From a virus (taxonomy: Duplodnaviria; Caudoviricetes): a DNA stretch of 57,858 nt. A program made the position numbers and the translations under genes. Of this stretch, positions 1-8,304 are shown one piece after another; the first letter of the stretch is position 1, and each line of letters begins with the position of its first letter. The notes beneath the pieces were generated by a model. That model ran no database searches and was not told the DNA's origin. It was given only the letters and a program-made list of their open reading frames with translations. The stretch covers positions 1 through 57,858 of the IMG/VR virus record IMGVR_UViG_3300021197_001375. One strand, written 5' to 3'.

Positions 1-371
1 AAAGTCTCAAGCATCTTGAGGCAAGACTCAAGCCCCAAGCTGTGAGGTTCAAGCTTCAAGCCACAAGCATCAAGCTCCTTGATAACCTTCCCCTCATAAA
101 GTTTTACAAGGTTAAGGGAGAGGTCCTTAACCAAGATAAATGTATTGCTCGGATGTCGTATATGAAATGATATTTGATGTGGAGACAGGCGTATCTTGTT
201 TGTCTTTGTTACTTTTAATTCGACAGTGAAAAAGTGGCCAAAACTATTACAGCCCAGTAGATCAGGAGTCCCCCATGCAGCGCTATTTTCCAAGCGTGTA
301 AATGATAATTTGCAATTATTTTCAATATTGAGCGTTTTAATTTCATGCCATAGTTTCTTTTCTGGTTTCAC
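1..371 (-). CDS. VRR-NUC/Holliday junction resolvase-like PD-(D/E)XK nuclease, truncated at window edge
   Basis: Not in ORF track. GTG at 371 with GAGGTG SD; translates MKPEKKLWHEIK...GTPDLLG...FTVELKV...LSPHQ. Confidence 0.75.
   Translation of the reverse strand, partial: MKPEKKLWHEIKTLNIENNCKLSFTRLENSAAWGTPDLLGCNSFGHFFTVELKVTKTNKIRLSPHQISFHIRHPSNTFILVKDLSLNLVKLYEGKVIKELDACGLKLEPHSLGLESCLKMLET
8..75 (+). repeat. Degenerate 7-nt-period CAAGC array
   Basis: CAAGC at 8, 29, 36, 50, 57, 64, 71 (CAAGA at 22), all in the same mod-7 phase. Confidence 0.8.
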
Positions 372-395
372 TACTACACCTCATTCATTTGTCAA

Positions 396-926
396 TCATT
401 TTGAAAAAATTTGTACAGTAATTCTAGGCACGATAGGACTAAGAACAGGGTTAACTTTGTGAGTGACTGGAGCTTTTACAAGCACTAAAGAATTACCTAC
501 AACAGGTAAAAAACCATGACCATTTCCATCGGTAAACATAAACTCACCACCCCATTGTTCATGCCATTTATTATTTATGTAATAAGTTGCTCCATAAGTC
601 CATTTGCCATCATTGTGCCAATTAATTCCAGAGTTTTTTTCCATGTAATGAATAGTAGTTCTACTCTCCGCAGTTCCTAATTGAAAGTAAGGATTATGTT
701 TAACTAAAGTTTTTAATGTTTCAAAAGGTTTATAATTATCCACCTCAGTGCGTTTAGGAGGAACAATATTATTCCATAAAAATTCTGGCCAAACTCCACC
801 ACTACTATGTAAATTTATTTGTTTTCTTTCTCTAATGATAGCATTGTGAATACCCTTATAGGTTTCTTTATCTAAAAAATTATGAATCCACCAGAGTTTA
901 TCTGGAATAGAATAAGCTAAGTGCAC
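396..926 (-). CDS. 2OG-Fe(II) oxygenase
   Basis: WHND (HxD), W..QWGGEF, HKVNPV, PRITV; likely GTG start at 926. Confidence 0.85.
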   Translation of the reverse strand: MHLAYSIPDKLWWIHNFLDKETYKGIHNAIIRERKQINLHSSGGVWPEFLWNNIVPPKRTEVDNYKPFETLKTLVKHNPYFQLGTAESRTTIHYMEKNSGINWHNDGKWTYGATYYINNKWHEQWGGEFMFTDGNGHGFLPVVGNSLVLVKAPVTHKVNPVLSPIVPRITVQIFSK

Positions 927-1522
927 GGTTGCCCTTGACGTAAAAAACAATTAATAGCATAACGAGTGCCTTCAGTAATAGGTTCTGTGCCATGTATCCA
1001 AATAGGTTCTGCAGGAAATATCATTGCATCTCCAGTCTTAAATGATTCTTTTATTTGACCATTAAAGAATCTAAACTCACCACCTTTATAATCCTCATTC
1101 AAATTTAATGTACAGGATCCTCTTGTATGAGGACCAACATCAGTGTGATCTTTAATTAAACTTCCTTTTTGATATCTAAGTATTCTTATATTATCAGAGG
1201 AATTTATTAAAAGACTATTAAAACTAGGACCTATTTTTGTAGTTGTAATATGTACAACATAGTTAGTAACCATTATACCTATGTATTGTTTACATATATT
1301 TAATGCATAAGTTATATCTTCATTGGGATTACTTATTTGAGACAAATTTAAACAATCAAAATTATCTTCCTCTAATTTGTTTGTTTCATACTTATAACTA
1401 TTTTCTTTGTGAAAAAGATTAGGGTATTTTTCAAATATTTTTATTATCTTTTGACAATCCTGTTTAGGAACTAATCCATTAATTCTATATTTTAAATCAG
1501 ATATCTTATGATCATATGTCAT
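917..1522 (-). CDS. 2OG-Fe(II) oxygenase (prolyl-4-hydroxylase-like)
   Basis: DHTD, LNEDYKGGEF, HGTEPI, GTRYAI. Confidence 0.9.
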   Translation of the reverse strand: MTYDHKISDLKYRINGLVPKQDCQKIIKIFEKYPNLFHKENSYKYETNKLEEDNFDCLNLSQISNPNEDITYALNICKQYIGIMVTNYVVHITTTKIGPSFNSLLINSSDNIRILRYQKGSLIKDHTDVGPHTRGSCTLNLNEDYKGGEFRFFNGQIKESFKTGDAMIFPAEPIWIHGTEPITEGTRYAINCFLRQGQPCT

Positions 1523-1743
1523 ATTTTTTTAATTACTTTACCCATTTTCCAAGTTTCAGGGGTAACAGTAATAGCTAGTCTATGAGATTCTCTTACTCCA
1601 ATTAATTTATTTTCTAATAATTTTACACCGGTAATATCATAGAACTCTCCAGTGGGTAATATGACTTGAACTCTAGCATTCTTAGCTACTTCCCCCTGCA
1701 TAAATTTATCTAATACTTGTCTTAATACCTTTCCAGTAAACAT
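1519..1743 (-). CDS. Hypothetical protein
   Basis: ORF with likely start MFTGKVLRQ; ATGA overlap with next gene. Confidence 0.65.
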   Translation of the reverse strand: MFTGKVLRQVLDKFMQGEVAKNARVQVILPTGEFYDITGVKLLENKLIGVRESHRLAITVTPETWKMGKVIKKI

Positions 1744-1781
1744 AGGTTGATTTATAGACGAAGTTATACTAAATATCAAGT

Positions 1782-1937
1782 ATGATAGATAAAATGATTT
1801 ATAACACTTTGCTTTGGGTTATGGGATGGTCAGGGCAAATTAACTCTTGGGCTTGGCGTAAGCACGCAAAGATAATTGAAAATAAAAGATTAAAAGAAAA
1901 CGAAGAGTACGTAAAAGAATTACAAAGAAAATTATAA
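1782..1937 (+). CDS. Small Trp-rich hypothetical protein (51 aa)
   Basis: MIDKMIYNTLLWVMGWSGQINSWAWRKH...; TAATG coupling to terS; below ORF-track cutoff. Confidence 0.65.
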   Translation: MIDKMIYNTLLWVMGWSGQINSWAWRKHAKIIENKRLKENEEYVKELQRKL

Positions 1938-2458
1938 TGGGTTTACCTAAAAAATTAACAGAACAGCAAATGAAATTTGCATACGAACTCGTTACAAATG
2001 AGGGAAGGAAAACTGCAACAGAGTGTGCTGTTGATGCAGGCTTTGCAAAAGACTCAGCAAGACAATATGCAAGTAAATTACAAAATCCAAAACTATACCC
2101 GCTTGTAGTTAAGTATATAGGTGAACTTAGAGAAGAGTGGCAAAAGAAATATGAAGTAACTTATGAAAAACATATTGCAGAGTTAGGACAAATTAGAAAA
2201 GATGCTCTTAAAAAAGGAGCGTGGTCAGCTGCAGTGAACGCTGAGGTAGCACGTGGGAAAGCTGCGGGTCTATATATAGAACAAAAAATAATAAGAACAG
2301 GGAAACTAGAAGACTTAACAACAGAAGAATTAGAATCCAGAATGAAGAAGATAATTGATGATTACTCACCCATTCTAGAAAACGTCCCGTTTGAGGAAAT
2401 AAAAGGGCAAGTCCTAGAAGAATCAGAAACCAAAAAAGAGCCAACAGAGTCAAACTAA
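1937..2458 (+). CDS. terS: Terminase small subunit-like protein
   Basis: LTEQQMKFA...ATECAVDAGF...ARQYASKL HTH pattern typical of Terminase_2 proteins. Confidence 0.7.
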   Translation: MGLPKKLTEQQMKFAYELVTNEGRKTATECAVDAGFAKDSARQYASKLQNPKLYPLVVKYIGELREEWQKKYEVTYEKHIAELGQIRKDALKKGAWSAAVNAEVARGKAAGLYIEQKIIRTGKLEDLTTEELESRMKKIIDDYSPILENVPFEEIKGQVLEESETKKEPTESN

Positions 2459-2965
2459 ATCCTCATAGTTATCAATGAATAAAGTAGATGTGTATCTTTT
2501 TAAGTTAGGAACATTACTAGCATGTTGAGAGTGGACCCAATTAGATGGAAATAAAATAGATCTATTTTCTTTAAAGCCTACATGAATATCTAAGACACAA
2601 TCATGTAAAACTCCATGGTAAAAAACAGTTCCATTACTAACAGAAGTCGGACCTTTTAACATAATTAGAATATTTACTTTAGCGTTGTCTACATGTGGTT
2701 TAAAATGATCTAGATTTCTTTGATCAATACCTGATTCTTTTATACTATTTATTTTAAGTTTAAATTTTAATTCAGCTTGTTTTATAAATAATTTTTTTAA
2801 ATCTTCATCGTTGCTAAAAGACCAACGGTTTCCGTAAAAATTTTTTTTATTTTTTTCAGTGGTGTTATCAAAATACTTTGGAGTATAATAAGCCTTAGTT
2901 AAAGCAAAATCTTGAATAGATATCAGATCTTTTTCATCAAAAAAATTATCTACTATTTTAATCAT
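2450..2965 (-). CDS. 2OG-Fe(II) oxygenase (tandem paralog 2)
   Basis: Likely start MIKIVDNFF; PHVD, NGTVFY, HSQH, RYTST. Confidence 0.85.
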   Translation of the reverse strand: MIKIVDNFFDEKDLISIQDFALTKAYYTPKYFDNTTEKNKKNFYGNRWSFSNDEDLKKLFIKQAELKFKLKINSIKESGIDQRNLDHFKPHVDNAKVNILIMLKGPTSVSNGTVFYHGVLHDCVLDIHVGFKENRSILFPSNWVHSQHASNVPNLKRYTSTLFIDNYEDLV

Positions 2966-3485
2966 CTTTTGTTTTATAATTATCAATAAATAAAGTGGCT
3001 GTATATCTTCTAATACCTTCTTGTGAGCTAGCATGGGGACTATGATAGTAATTAGATGGAAATAAAATAGCCCTGTTTGGTCTAAAACCAACATGTATAT
3101 CTAATTCACCATCTGTATAAAAAACAGTTCCATTAGTAACTGCAATTGGCCCATGTAACATAATTAAAATATTTAATTTAGCTATATTAGAATCAGTGTG
3201 GGGTTTAAAACTATCTAGGTTTTTTAAATCTATACCACTACCATTAGCTACAGAGTTTATTTTTATCTTAAATTTTTCTTCCGCTTGTTTAATAAAAACA
3301 TTTAAAAGATTTACATCGTCTTCGAAAAAAAATCTGTTTGCATAATAATGCTCCATATTTTCTACATTAGTATCTTTATCATAGTCGTTGGAATAACTGG
3401 GTGTAAAAACTAACTTGGTAGTTATATGGTTTATAATATGTAAAAACTTTTTATCATCAAAAAAGTTATCTACAATTTTAATCAT
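2958..3485 (-). CDS. 2OG-Fe(II) oxygenase (tandem paralog 1)
   Basis: MIKIVDNFF; PHTD, NGTVFY, HSPH, RYTAT. Confidence 0.85.
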   Translation of the reverse strand: MIKIVDNFFDDKKFLHIINHITTKLVFTPSYSNDYDKDTNVENMEHYYANRFFFEDDVNLLNVFIKQAEEKFKIKINSVANGSGIDLKNLDSFKPHTDSNIAKLNILIMLHGPIAVTNGTVFYTDGELDIHVGFRPNRAILFPSNYYHSPHASSQEGIRRYTATLFIDNYKTKDD

Positions 3486-3897
3486 GTTCTGTTTTATTTA
3501 AATCATTTTTTAACATTTCAACAATCCAAGGATTATCTCTAAACACACCCATCATTACATTAGTAAGTTGATTAACCACCGCCTCCTCATGTTCTTCTTT
3601 TTCAAGAGCAGCTTTTTCTTGATTTAAACCAGAAACTTGTACAGCAGCATGCATAATTTCATGAACAATTGTGTTAGCTCTTTCTTGCCCACAAAGATCA
3701 TGTTGTACATGTATTACATTCTGCCTGTAATCATATTCACCAAAACAATCAGTCATCTCCCATTTTTTATAATCTGGTCTTACATATTTAATTTTTATGT
3801 CTTTGTATCCAACCCTCACATGATTGGGTAGGCCTTTAACCTCAACGGGTATAAGTCTGGTTTGTTTAAAATGTTTATTATTTTTTTTTCTCATCAT
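3478..3897 (-). CDS. HEXXH metallopeptidase-like protein
   Basis: TIVHEIMHA followed by EHEEAVVN. Confidence 0.6.
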   Translation of the reverse strand: MMRKKNNKHFKQTRLIPVEVKGLPNHVRVGYKDIKIKYVRPDYKKWEMTDCFGEYDYRQNVIHVQHDLCGQERANTIVHEIMHAAVQVSGLNQEKAALEKEEHEEAVVNQLTNVMMGVFRDNPWIVEMLKNDLNKTEHD

Positions 3898-4522
3898 TAA
3901 ATATAAGTTCTTTATTAATATTTTTTAATATTAAATTTCCAGATATAGAAACTCTTTCACCTTCAGTTGTTTTAAATGGGTAAACCCAATGTGGTAATAC
4001 AGCAGGGAAAATAAACATATCTCCTACTGAAGGTAAGTGTGAATGTGTTTGTAAAAATAATTTATCTCTACCAGAATCAAAAGGCATATTAAAATCAAAG
4101 GTTATACAACCTGGACCAGGGCTATTTGCTACACTAGTTCTACACTCTTCATCTAAACCCTTAGGTATTTCCGTATAGATTACGAAAGATAAATCACCAT
4201 CATGGGTGTGTGGTGGATTGAATTCATTTTTCACTTGACGATTAATCCACGCTGTTAATAATTCAAAACCACTAGTTAAATGTTTTCCCCTATAACTATA
4301 ATAACCTTGAATATAACTATTTAAATAAGGAACTAACAATTTAAAAACTTTATCTGTATCTAGAGATTTTTCATTTTTTAAATGGCCGGCTAAATTATCT
4401 CTATAATCTTCATTACTTTTTAATGATTTAAAAGATTCTATTTCTTCTGGAAGTAATTTATAATGACATACAAATGGTCCCCAATGTAAAAAATTATATT
4501 CTATTCTTCTTATATCTGTCAT
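3878..4522 (-). CDS. 2OG-Fe(II) oxygenase (HxH type)
   Basis: FNPPHTHDG, FPAVLPHWVYPF, ERVSISGN. Confidence 0.85.
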   Translation of the reverse strand: MTDIRRIEYNFLHWGPFVCHYKLLPEEIESFKSLKSNEDYRDNLAGHLKNEKSLDTDKVFKLLVPYLNSYIQGYYSYRGKHLTSGFELLTAWINRQVKNEFNPPHTHDGDLSFVIYTEIPKGLDEECRTSVANSPGPGCITFDFNMPFDSGRDKLFLQTHSHLPSVGDMFIFPAVLPHWVYPFKTTEGERVSISGNLILKNINKELIFNDEKKK

Positions 4523-4578
4523 AATTTCCTTCCATAGAGTTTTATATATGAGAAACAGGTTTTGTAAAAACTGTTTTC

Positions 4579-4691
4579 ACGCGCGCGCGTAGGGAAAACC
4601 CTGTAGCACTGTGAAGCACCATTGTAGCAGCATTGTAACAGTAATTTATCTAGTAATATCAATACTTTAAAGCCATTGTAGCATTGTATCA
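4579..4691. repeat. Iteron-like CATTGTA(g/a/t)CA repeats plus CG palindrome; candidate replication origin
   Basis: Repeats at 4620, 4631, 4674, 4682; ACGCGCGCGCGT at 4579-4590; AT-rich spacer. Confidence 0.5.
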
Positions 4692-4741
4692 CTATATTTT
4701 TCAAATTTTTTTTTCCCAACATAAATCTCATACAGAATACT

Positions 4742-5494
4742 CTATGGGTTCTTGGTCCCTGAGGCCTGTTGCTTGTAGTATTGTCCCACTCTACCTAGCC
4801 AAATCCACATAAAGTGTTGAAATTCCTTACCATGTGACACGTACCTTAGAACATCGCCACCTTTAACACTAATTAGAATCACTCCAGATTGTATATTCGT
4901 ATTATACACGTAATTGTGAGCCACAGCATATGCTGCGCACTGTATGAAATAATCGTCTATCCATTCACGCTTCTTGTATTTATTGCTTTGTTTAAAATCT
5001 ATGATAGACTCCCGGCCTTCATAGATTCCAGCAACGTCTGAGGCGCCCGCATACAATCCAGGGTACCAAAGGGGCATTTCCAACCCCCACACCTCTTCTA
5101 AAGGGCTGAAATGGCCTCTATCAATGATGTTTTGAGCCATGGTGCCTGCTTCCTGACCTAATTGTGATAGATCCATATGACCCTCACCTTTTATATATCC
5201 TTCTAGTATTCGGTGCATAATAGTACCTCTAGCGGCAGCATCATCACGTATTTTGTCTGCCTTAATTTCGCCTTCTCGTTGCCTCCATGCTGCCAGTTTT
5301 GCTTTACTTTCCTCAGACTTGGTTGCTCCTAATATAGTTGTAACACTTGGTAATTTTTCATCATTTATATCGTAGACCCGACCAGACTCACTATCGACTC
5401 GTTTAATAGTTTTATATTCAAACTTTGGTTTACCGTCCCAAATAGTTTTCTTTCCAATATTATGATATTCTTTTATATCTTCGTCATTCATCAT
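4742..5494 (-). CDS. PD-(D/E)XK exonuclease (RecB/Cas4-like)
   Basis: PSVTTIL, RGTIMH, YAGASD, IIDFKQS, QCAAY. Confidence 0.85.
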   Translation of the reverse strand: MMNDEDIKEYHNIGKKTIWDGKPKFEYKTIKRVDSESGRVYDINDEKLPSVTTILGATKSEESKAKLAAWRQREGEIKADKIRDDAAARGTIMHRILEGYIKGEGHMDLSQLGQEAGTMAQNIIDRGHFSPLEEVWGLEMPLWYPGLYAGASDVAGIYEGRESIIDFKQSNKYKKREWIDDYFIQCAAYAVAHNYVYNTNIQSGVILISVKGGDVLRYVSHGKEFQHFMWIWLGRVGQYYKQQASGTKNP

Positions 5495-5928
5495 TGTTTT
5501 TTTCCTAACTTGTAGTCTTGAAGGTGGACTACATTTTGTCTTGTTAATTTTTCATGGGTGTAATGTTCAATGACTTTTTGTACCTTTTCTAATTTGGTAT
5601 GCGACCAAGGCCATATTACACAGCAAACATAATAAGCATCTCTAAAAGTACATCTCCATCTATATTGTTTTAAATAAGGTGTACCATCAACACGTTTACC
5701 TTTTCTAGGTTTATCAGTAAGTGTACCAACGTTTAAGATTTCATGGACCCATGCAAGAACGCTACGATCAGTCATCGTTATTTCCATCGACAGTCTTAAA
5801 CTATTGGACAAACGATAACCAGGTTTGCCCCGATGTCTTTTCTTTCTTTCAATTCCTCTACGCATATGTATTGAACCCTCTCCATCAAAGAGGCCGGCAA
5901 TATATGCTGCATCAGTCTCTGCTATCAT
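5491..5928 (-). CDS. Single-motif LAGLIDADG endonuclease-like protein, free-standing
   Basis: AYIAGLFDGEGSI motif; likely ATG at 5928. Confidence 0.8.
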   Translation of the reverse strand: MIAETDAAYIAGLFDGEGSIHMRRGIERKKRHRGKPGYRLSNSLRLSMEITMTDRSVLAWVHEILNVGTLTDKPRKGKRVDGTPYLKQYRWRCTFRDAYYVCCVIWPWSHTKLEKVQKVIEHYTHEKLTRQNVVHLQDYKLGKKQ

Positions 5929-6095
5929 CAAACGCCCGCTTTCCGTGCACGTACTAACGGGTCGCCAAAGGCTCGAATACTGCAAGTTGCCGTAAAGGTC
6001 TCACATATGTAACCTCCAGAGGTGTTTAGCGCGTAGCATTTTTTGACACCTGGAGCTCGTCCTTTTCTATAAGTTAAAATTTTATTTAGCATCAT
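5928..6095 (-). CDS. Possible 55-aa ORF overlapping structured RNA
   Basis: GAGGTG SD and TGATG coupling to the LAGLIDADG gene, but atypical GC-rich codons. Confidence 0.4.
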   Translation of the reverse strand: MMLNKILTYRKGRAPGVKKCYALNTSGGYICETFTATCSIRAFGDPLVRARKAGV

Positions 6096-6195
6096 GTTTA
6101 ATAATCCACCTCAAAGCTGTAGTTGTCGGATCAAAGCCATCAAACTTTGCACTACAACCAGTTAATAATACGAATACAATTATAATTCTAATCAT
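6082..6195 (-). CDS. Small lipoprotein (37 aa)
   Basis: MIRIIIVFVLLTG-CSAK lipobox; ATGA coupling to upstream gene. Confidence 0.65.
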   Translation of the reverse strand: MIRIIIVFVLLTGCSAKFDGFDPTTTALRWIIKHDAK

Positions 6196-6851
6196 TGTGT
6201 CCTTTCCAACATACATTTATTATTACTCATCTCTTGTGTATAAAAACCAAAGTGAGTTAAAGTATGTGCTATTTTACTCATTTCATAACTTTTATGGTCA
6301 TCAAATACAAATCTAGTACCAATAGTTGACCTAGATGCAAAAAACATCACTTCTTCCAACACTTTTTCTGTTGTATGTGGGCCATCAAAATGCACAAAAT
6401 CGTAAACATTCATTACCTTTTTATTGCCATTTAGATAAATAGGAACACCATTACCAAAAGCATTAAAGTATTCTCTGTCTTCTAATTGGTATAAAATAAA
6501 ATTTTCATGAGTTTTAAAATTACTTAAAAAAGTTTGTTTCATAGAGTTAGGATATGTAGGCACCTTAGGTGTGCCATCTTCATTTACTAACATCTTTCCA
6601 TCAAAGTCTGTCCAGTATGCAACTGTTCCTTTTTCATGATCTATTTCTTTATCAATATGTTTATAAATTAAATCTCCATAAGGATCTATTCCAATATGAA
6701 AATAATTTTTACCTTTTAAAGAATCAGTAATAACATAAGTTCCATACCCCTCTCGTACTCCTATCTCTGCAGTCAAATAAAAATCTTTAGGCTTTAAATT
6801 TTTAACCCATTGACTTAGAAGATTATAATCTTCACTATCTCCCTTTATCAT
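6192..6851 (-). CDS. Class I SAM-dependent methyltransferase (Methyltransf_24-like)
   Basis: AEIGVREGYG, IGIDPY, VHFDGPH, FVFDD. Confidence 0.8.
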   Translation of the reverse strand: MIKGDSEDYNLLSQWVKNLKPKDFYLTAEIGVREGYGTYVITDSLKGKNYFHIGIDPYGDLIYKHIDKEIDHEKGTVAYWTDFDGKMLVNEDGTPKVPTYPNSMKQTFLSNFKTHENFILYQLEDREYFNAFGNGVPIYLNGNKKVMNVYDFVHFDGPHTTEKVLEEVMFFASRSTIGTRFVFDDHKSYEMSKIAHTLTHFGFYTQEMSNNKCMLERTQ

Positions 6852-6940
6852 AAAATTAATGCTCCTAATATAAAACCAAGACAGAATGTAATTAGGCACA
6901 TTTTTCTTGGTGTGATTACATATTTATTGAATAATCTCAT
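6848..6940 (-). CDS. 30-aa single-TM microprotein
   Basis: MRLFNKYVITPRKMCLITFCLGFILGALIL; GGAGG SD; ATGA coupling. Confidence 0.5.
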   Translation of the reverse strand: MRLFNKYVITPRKMCLITFCLGFILGALIL

Positions 6941-7079
6941 CTTCTTTCTCCTCCACTTCTATTTCACCTTGATTGTTACAGAACTCACAATCAGCCCATT
7001 GTTCTTCACGTGCTTGTTCAAATGGTACACGCACAAAACCATTACCATTACACACTGTGCATATTATTTTTTTCTTCAC
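6924..7079 (-). CDS. DnaJ-type zinc finger microprotein (51 aa)
   Basis: CTVCNGNG...CEFCNNQG; GTG start with AGGAG SD. Confidence 0.75.
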   Translation of the reverse strand: MKKKIICTVCNGNGFVRVPFEQAREEQWADCEFCNNQGEIEVEEKEDEIIQ

Positions 7080-7368
7080 TTAGTTTCTCCTGTATAAATT
7101 TCCTAGCTTTCATTCTAACGTATTCATGATCAAAACCTGCATAGTGACAAACCAATGCAAAATCTCTGTTTGGTTCTAAAAAATATGCTTGAGCTGACTC
7201 TGCATAATTTCCTTTAGCGATACCAAAACTTTTGTTTCGCCAGTGTCTACCTACGGCATCTTCTAACGCAACAATTAAAACATTACGCCAAAGACTTCGT
7301 TCAGGATCTAACCCTTCTCCAACAACGTTAACTGCTCTTGGAAATGCGCTTTGTTGTGATCTTGCCAT
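7048..7368 (-). CDS. Hypothetical protein
   Basis: 106-aa ORF in a tightly packed operon. Confidence 0.7.
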   Translation of the reverse strand: MARSQQSAFPRAVNVVGEGLDPERSLWRNVLIVALEDAVGRHWRNKSFGIAKGNYAESAQAYFLEPNRDFALVCHYAGFDHEYVRMKARKFIQEKLSEEKNNMHSV

Positions 7369-7519
7369 TTAACTTTTTTACTTTCTCATCTACTAACATT
7401 CTTATTACTTGTGCTCTTGATAGAGTGACTCCTGGTGCCAGAAGCTTGGTCATCTGATCAATCTTATTATAACACGCATGATCAACTGCGAGACTTTTGT
7501 ATTTGCTTATATCAGTCAT
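7328..7519 (-). CDS. Ribbon-helix-helix DNA-binding protein
   Basis: Alternating strand YKSLAV, helix A, then SRAQVIRMLV helix B; AAGGA SD. Confidence 0.65.
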   Translation of the reverse strand: MTDISKYKSLAVDHACYNKIDQMTKLLAPGVTLSRAQVIRMLVDEKVKKLNGKITTKRISKSS

Positions 7520-7586
7520 TTAGTATATCCTTTCTTATTAATATCTAAAGATATAGGATATTTATATAATTTTACAAGGGTTGTCA

Positions 7587-7850
7587 ATGAAATTTTTTTT
7601 AACATTATACATGTGTTCTGTAGTAGGGGGCTCCTGTATAGAAGTACCTCAAGAAAAGTACGAATATGATAGGTTTTATAAGACTCATTATAGCTGTGTT
7701 CAACAAGGCCTTGGTAATTCGTATGAAATATTGTTTAATGGTGATGTTTTTGCTGCTGATCAAGTAGAGTCTTTAGAGTTGTATCCAAAATTTGTTTGCG
7801 ATAAAGTAATGGTTCCACCGAAGAAACCAGAGAAAACCACTGAGCTTTAA
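7587..7850 (+). CDS. Secreted/periplasmic Cys-containing hypothetical protein
   Basis: Hydrophobic N-terminus MKFFLTLYMC; four Cys. Confidence 0.6.
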   Translation: MKFFLTLYMCSVVGGSCIEVPQEKYEYDRFYKTHYSCVQQGLGNSYEILFNGDVFAADQVESLELYPKFVCDKVMVPPKKPEKTTEL

Positions 7851-7932
7851 GCTTTGGATCTTTGGTCTTATTATATTCTATAGCTAGCTTATCTGCCTTG
7901 TCGGTTATATTTTTTAAAATTACGTTTTTCAT
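7735..7932 (-). CDS. Hypothetical protein
   Basis: 65-aa ORF; C-terminal part overlaps the convergent gene. Confidence 0.45.
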   Translation of the reverse strand: MKNVILKNITDKADKLAIEYNKTKDPKLKAQWFSLVSSVEPLLYRKQILDTTLKTLLDQQQKHHH

Positions 7933-8017
7933 TTTTATTTAAATTCTTTTTGTGGCGACCCGGACGTTTACGAGGTTGTGGACGAGGAACGTAATGTGTA
8001 AATTTTTGTCTAGCCAT
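7889..8017 (-). CDS. Small Arg/Lys-rich protein (42 aa)
   Basis: MARQKFTHYVPRPQPRKRPGRHKKNLNKNEKRNFKKYNRQGR. Confidence 0.6.
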   Translation of the reverse strand: MARQKFTHYVPRPQPRKRPGRHKKNLNKNEKRNFKKYNRQGR

Positions 8018-8073
8018 TAGCTTTATAAAGTAAATCTATAATTCTTTGATTAGTTTTAGTAGGAATTTTTGTG

Positions 8074-8304
8074 TCAATCTTGGTTATCATTTTTTTGTTT
8101 TATATATTCTTTATCTCTCTCTGTAAGTTTTAAATACTTTATACTACCATTGATGTGTTGTCTAGTATCAGCTCCACAATTTGTACATCTATAATACTCT
8201 GAAACTATAGCTACTAATATAGTATCTTCTTCACATTCTTCACAAATACCATGAACAGTATCTATTTTATGAAACACTTTAAATGCTTTAGACAACTCTA
8301 CCAT
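8074..8304 (-). CDS. Zinc-ribbon protein
   Basis: CEEC...CTNC. Confidence 0.7.
   Translation of the reverse strand: MVELSKAFKVFHKIDTVHGICEECEEDTILVAIVSEYYRCTNCGADTRQHINGSIKYLKLTERDKEYIKQKNDNQD

Noticed and set aside
196-462. Plus-strand 88-aa ORF
   Set aside because: Antisense shadow of the VRR-NUC gene, which has the motifs and SD
4519-4731. 70-aa ORF
   Set aside because: Sequence mirrors DNA repeats (QCYNG twice, RAR from the CG run); more likely a cis element
5491-6095. Group I intron or intein hosting the LAGLIDADG ORF
   Set aside because: No interrupted host gene, no recognisable P7 core or intein splice residues; neighbours are intact and coupled
8010-8090. 26-aa ORF MITKIDTKIPTKTNQRIIDLLYKANG as a remnant of a deleted gene
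   Set aside because: Too short to support without a homology search
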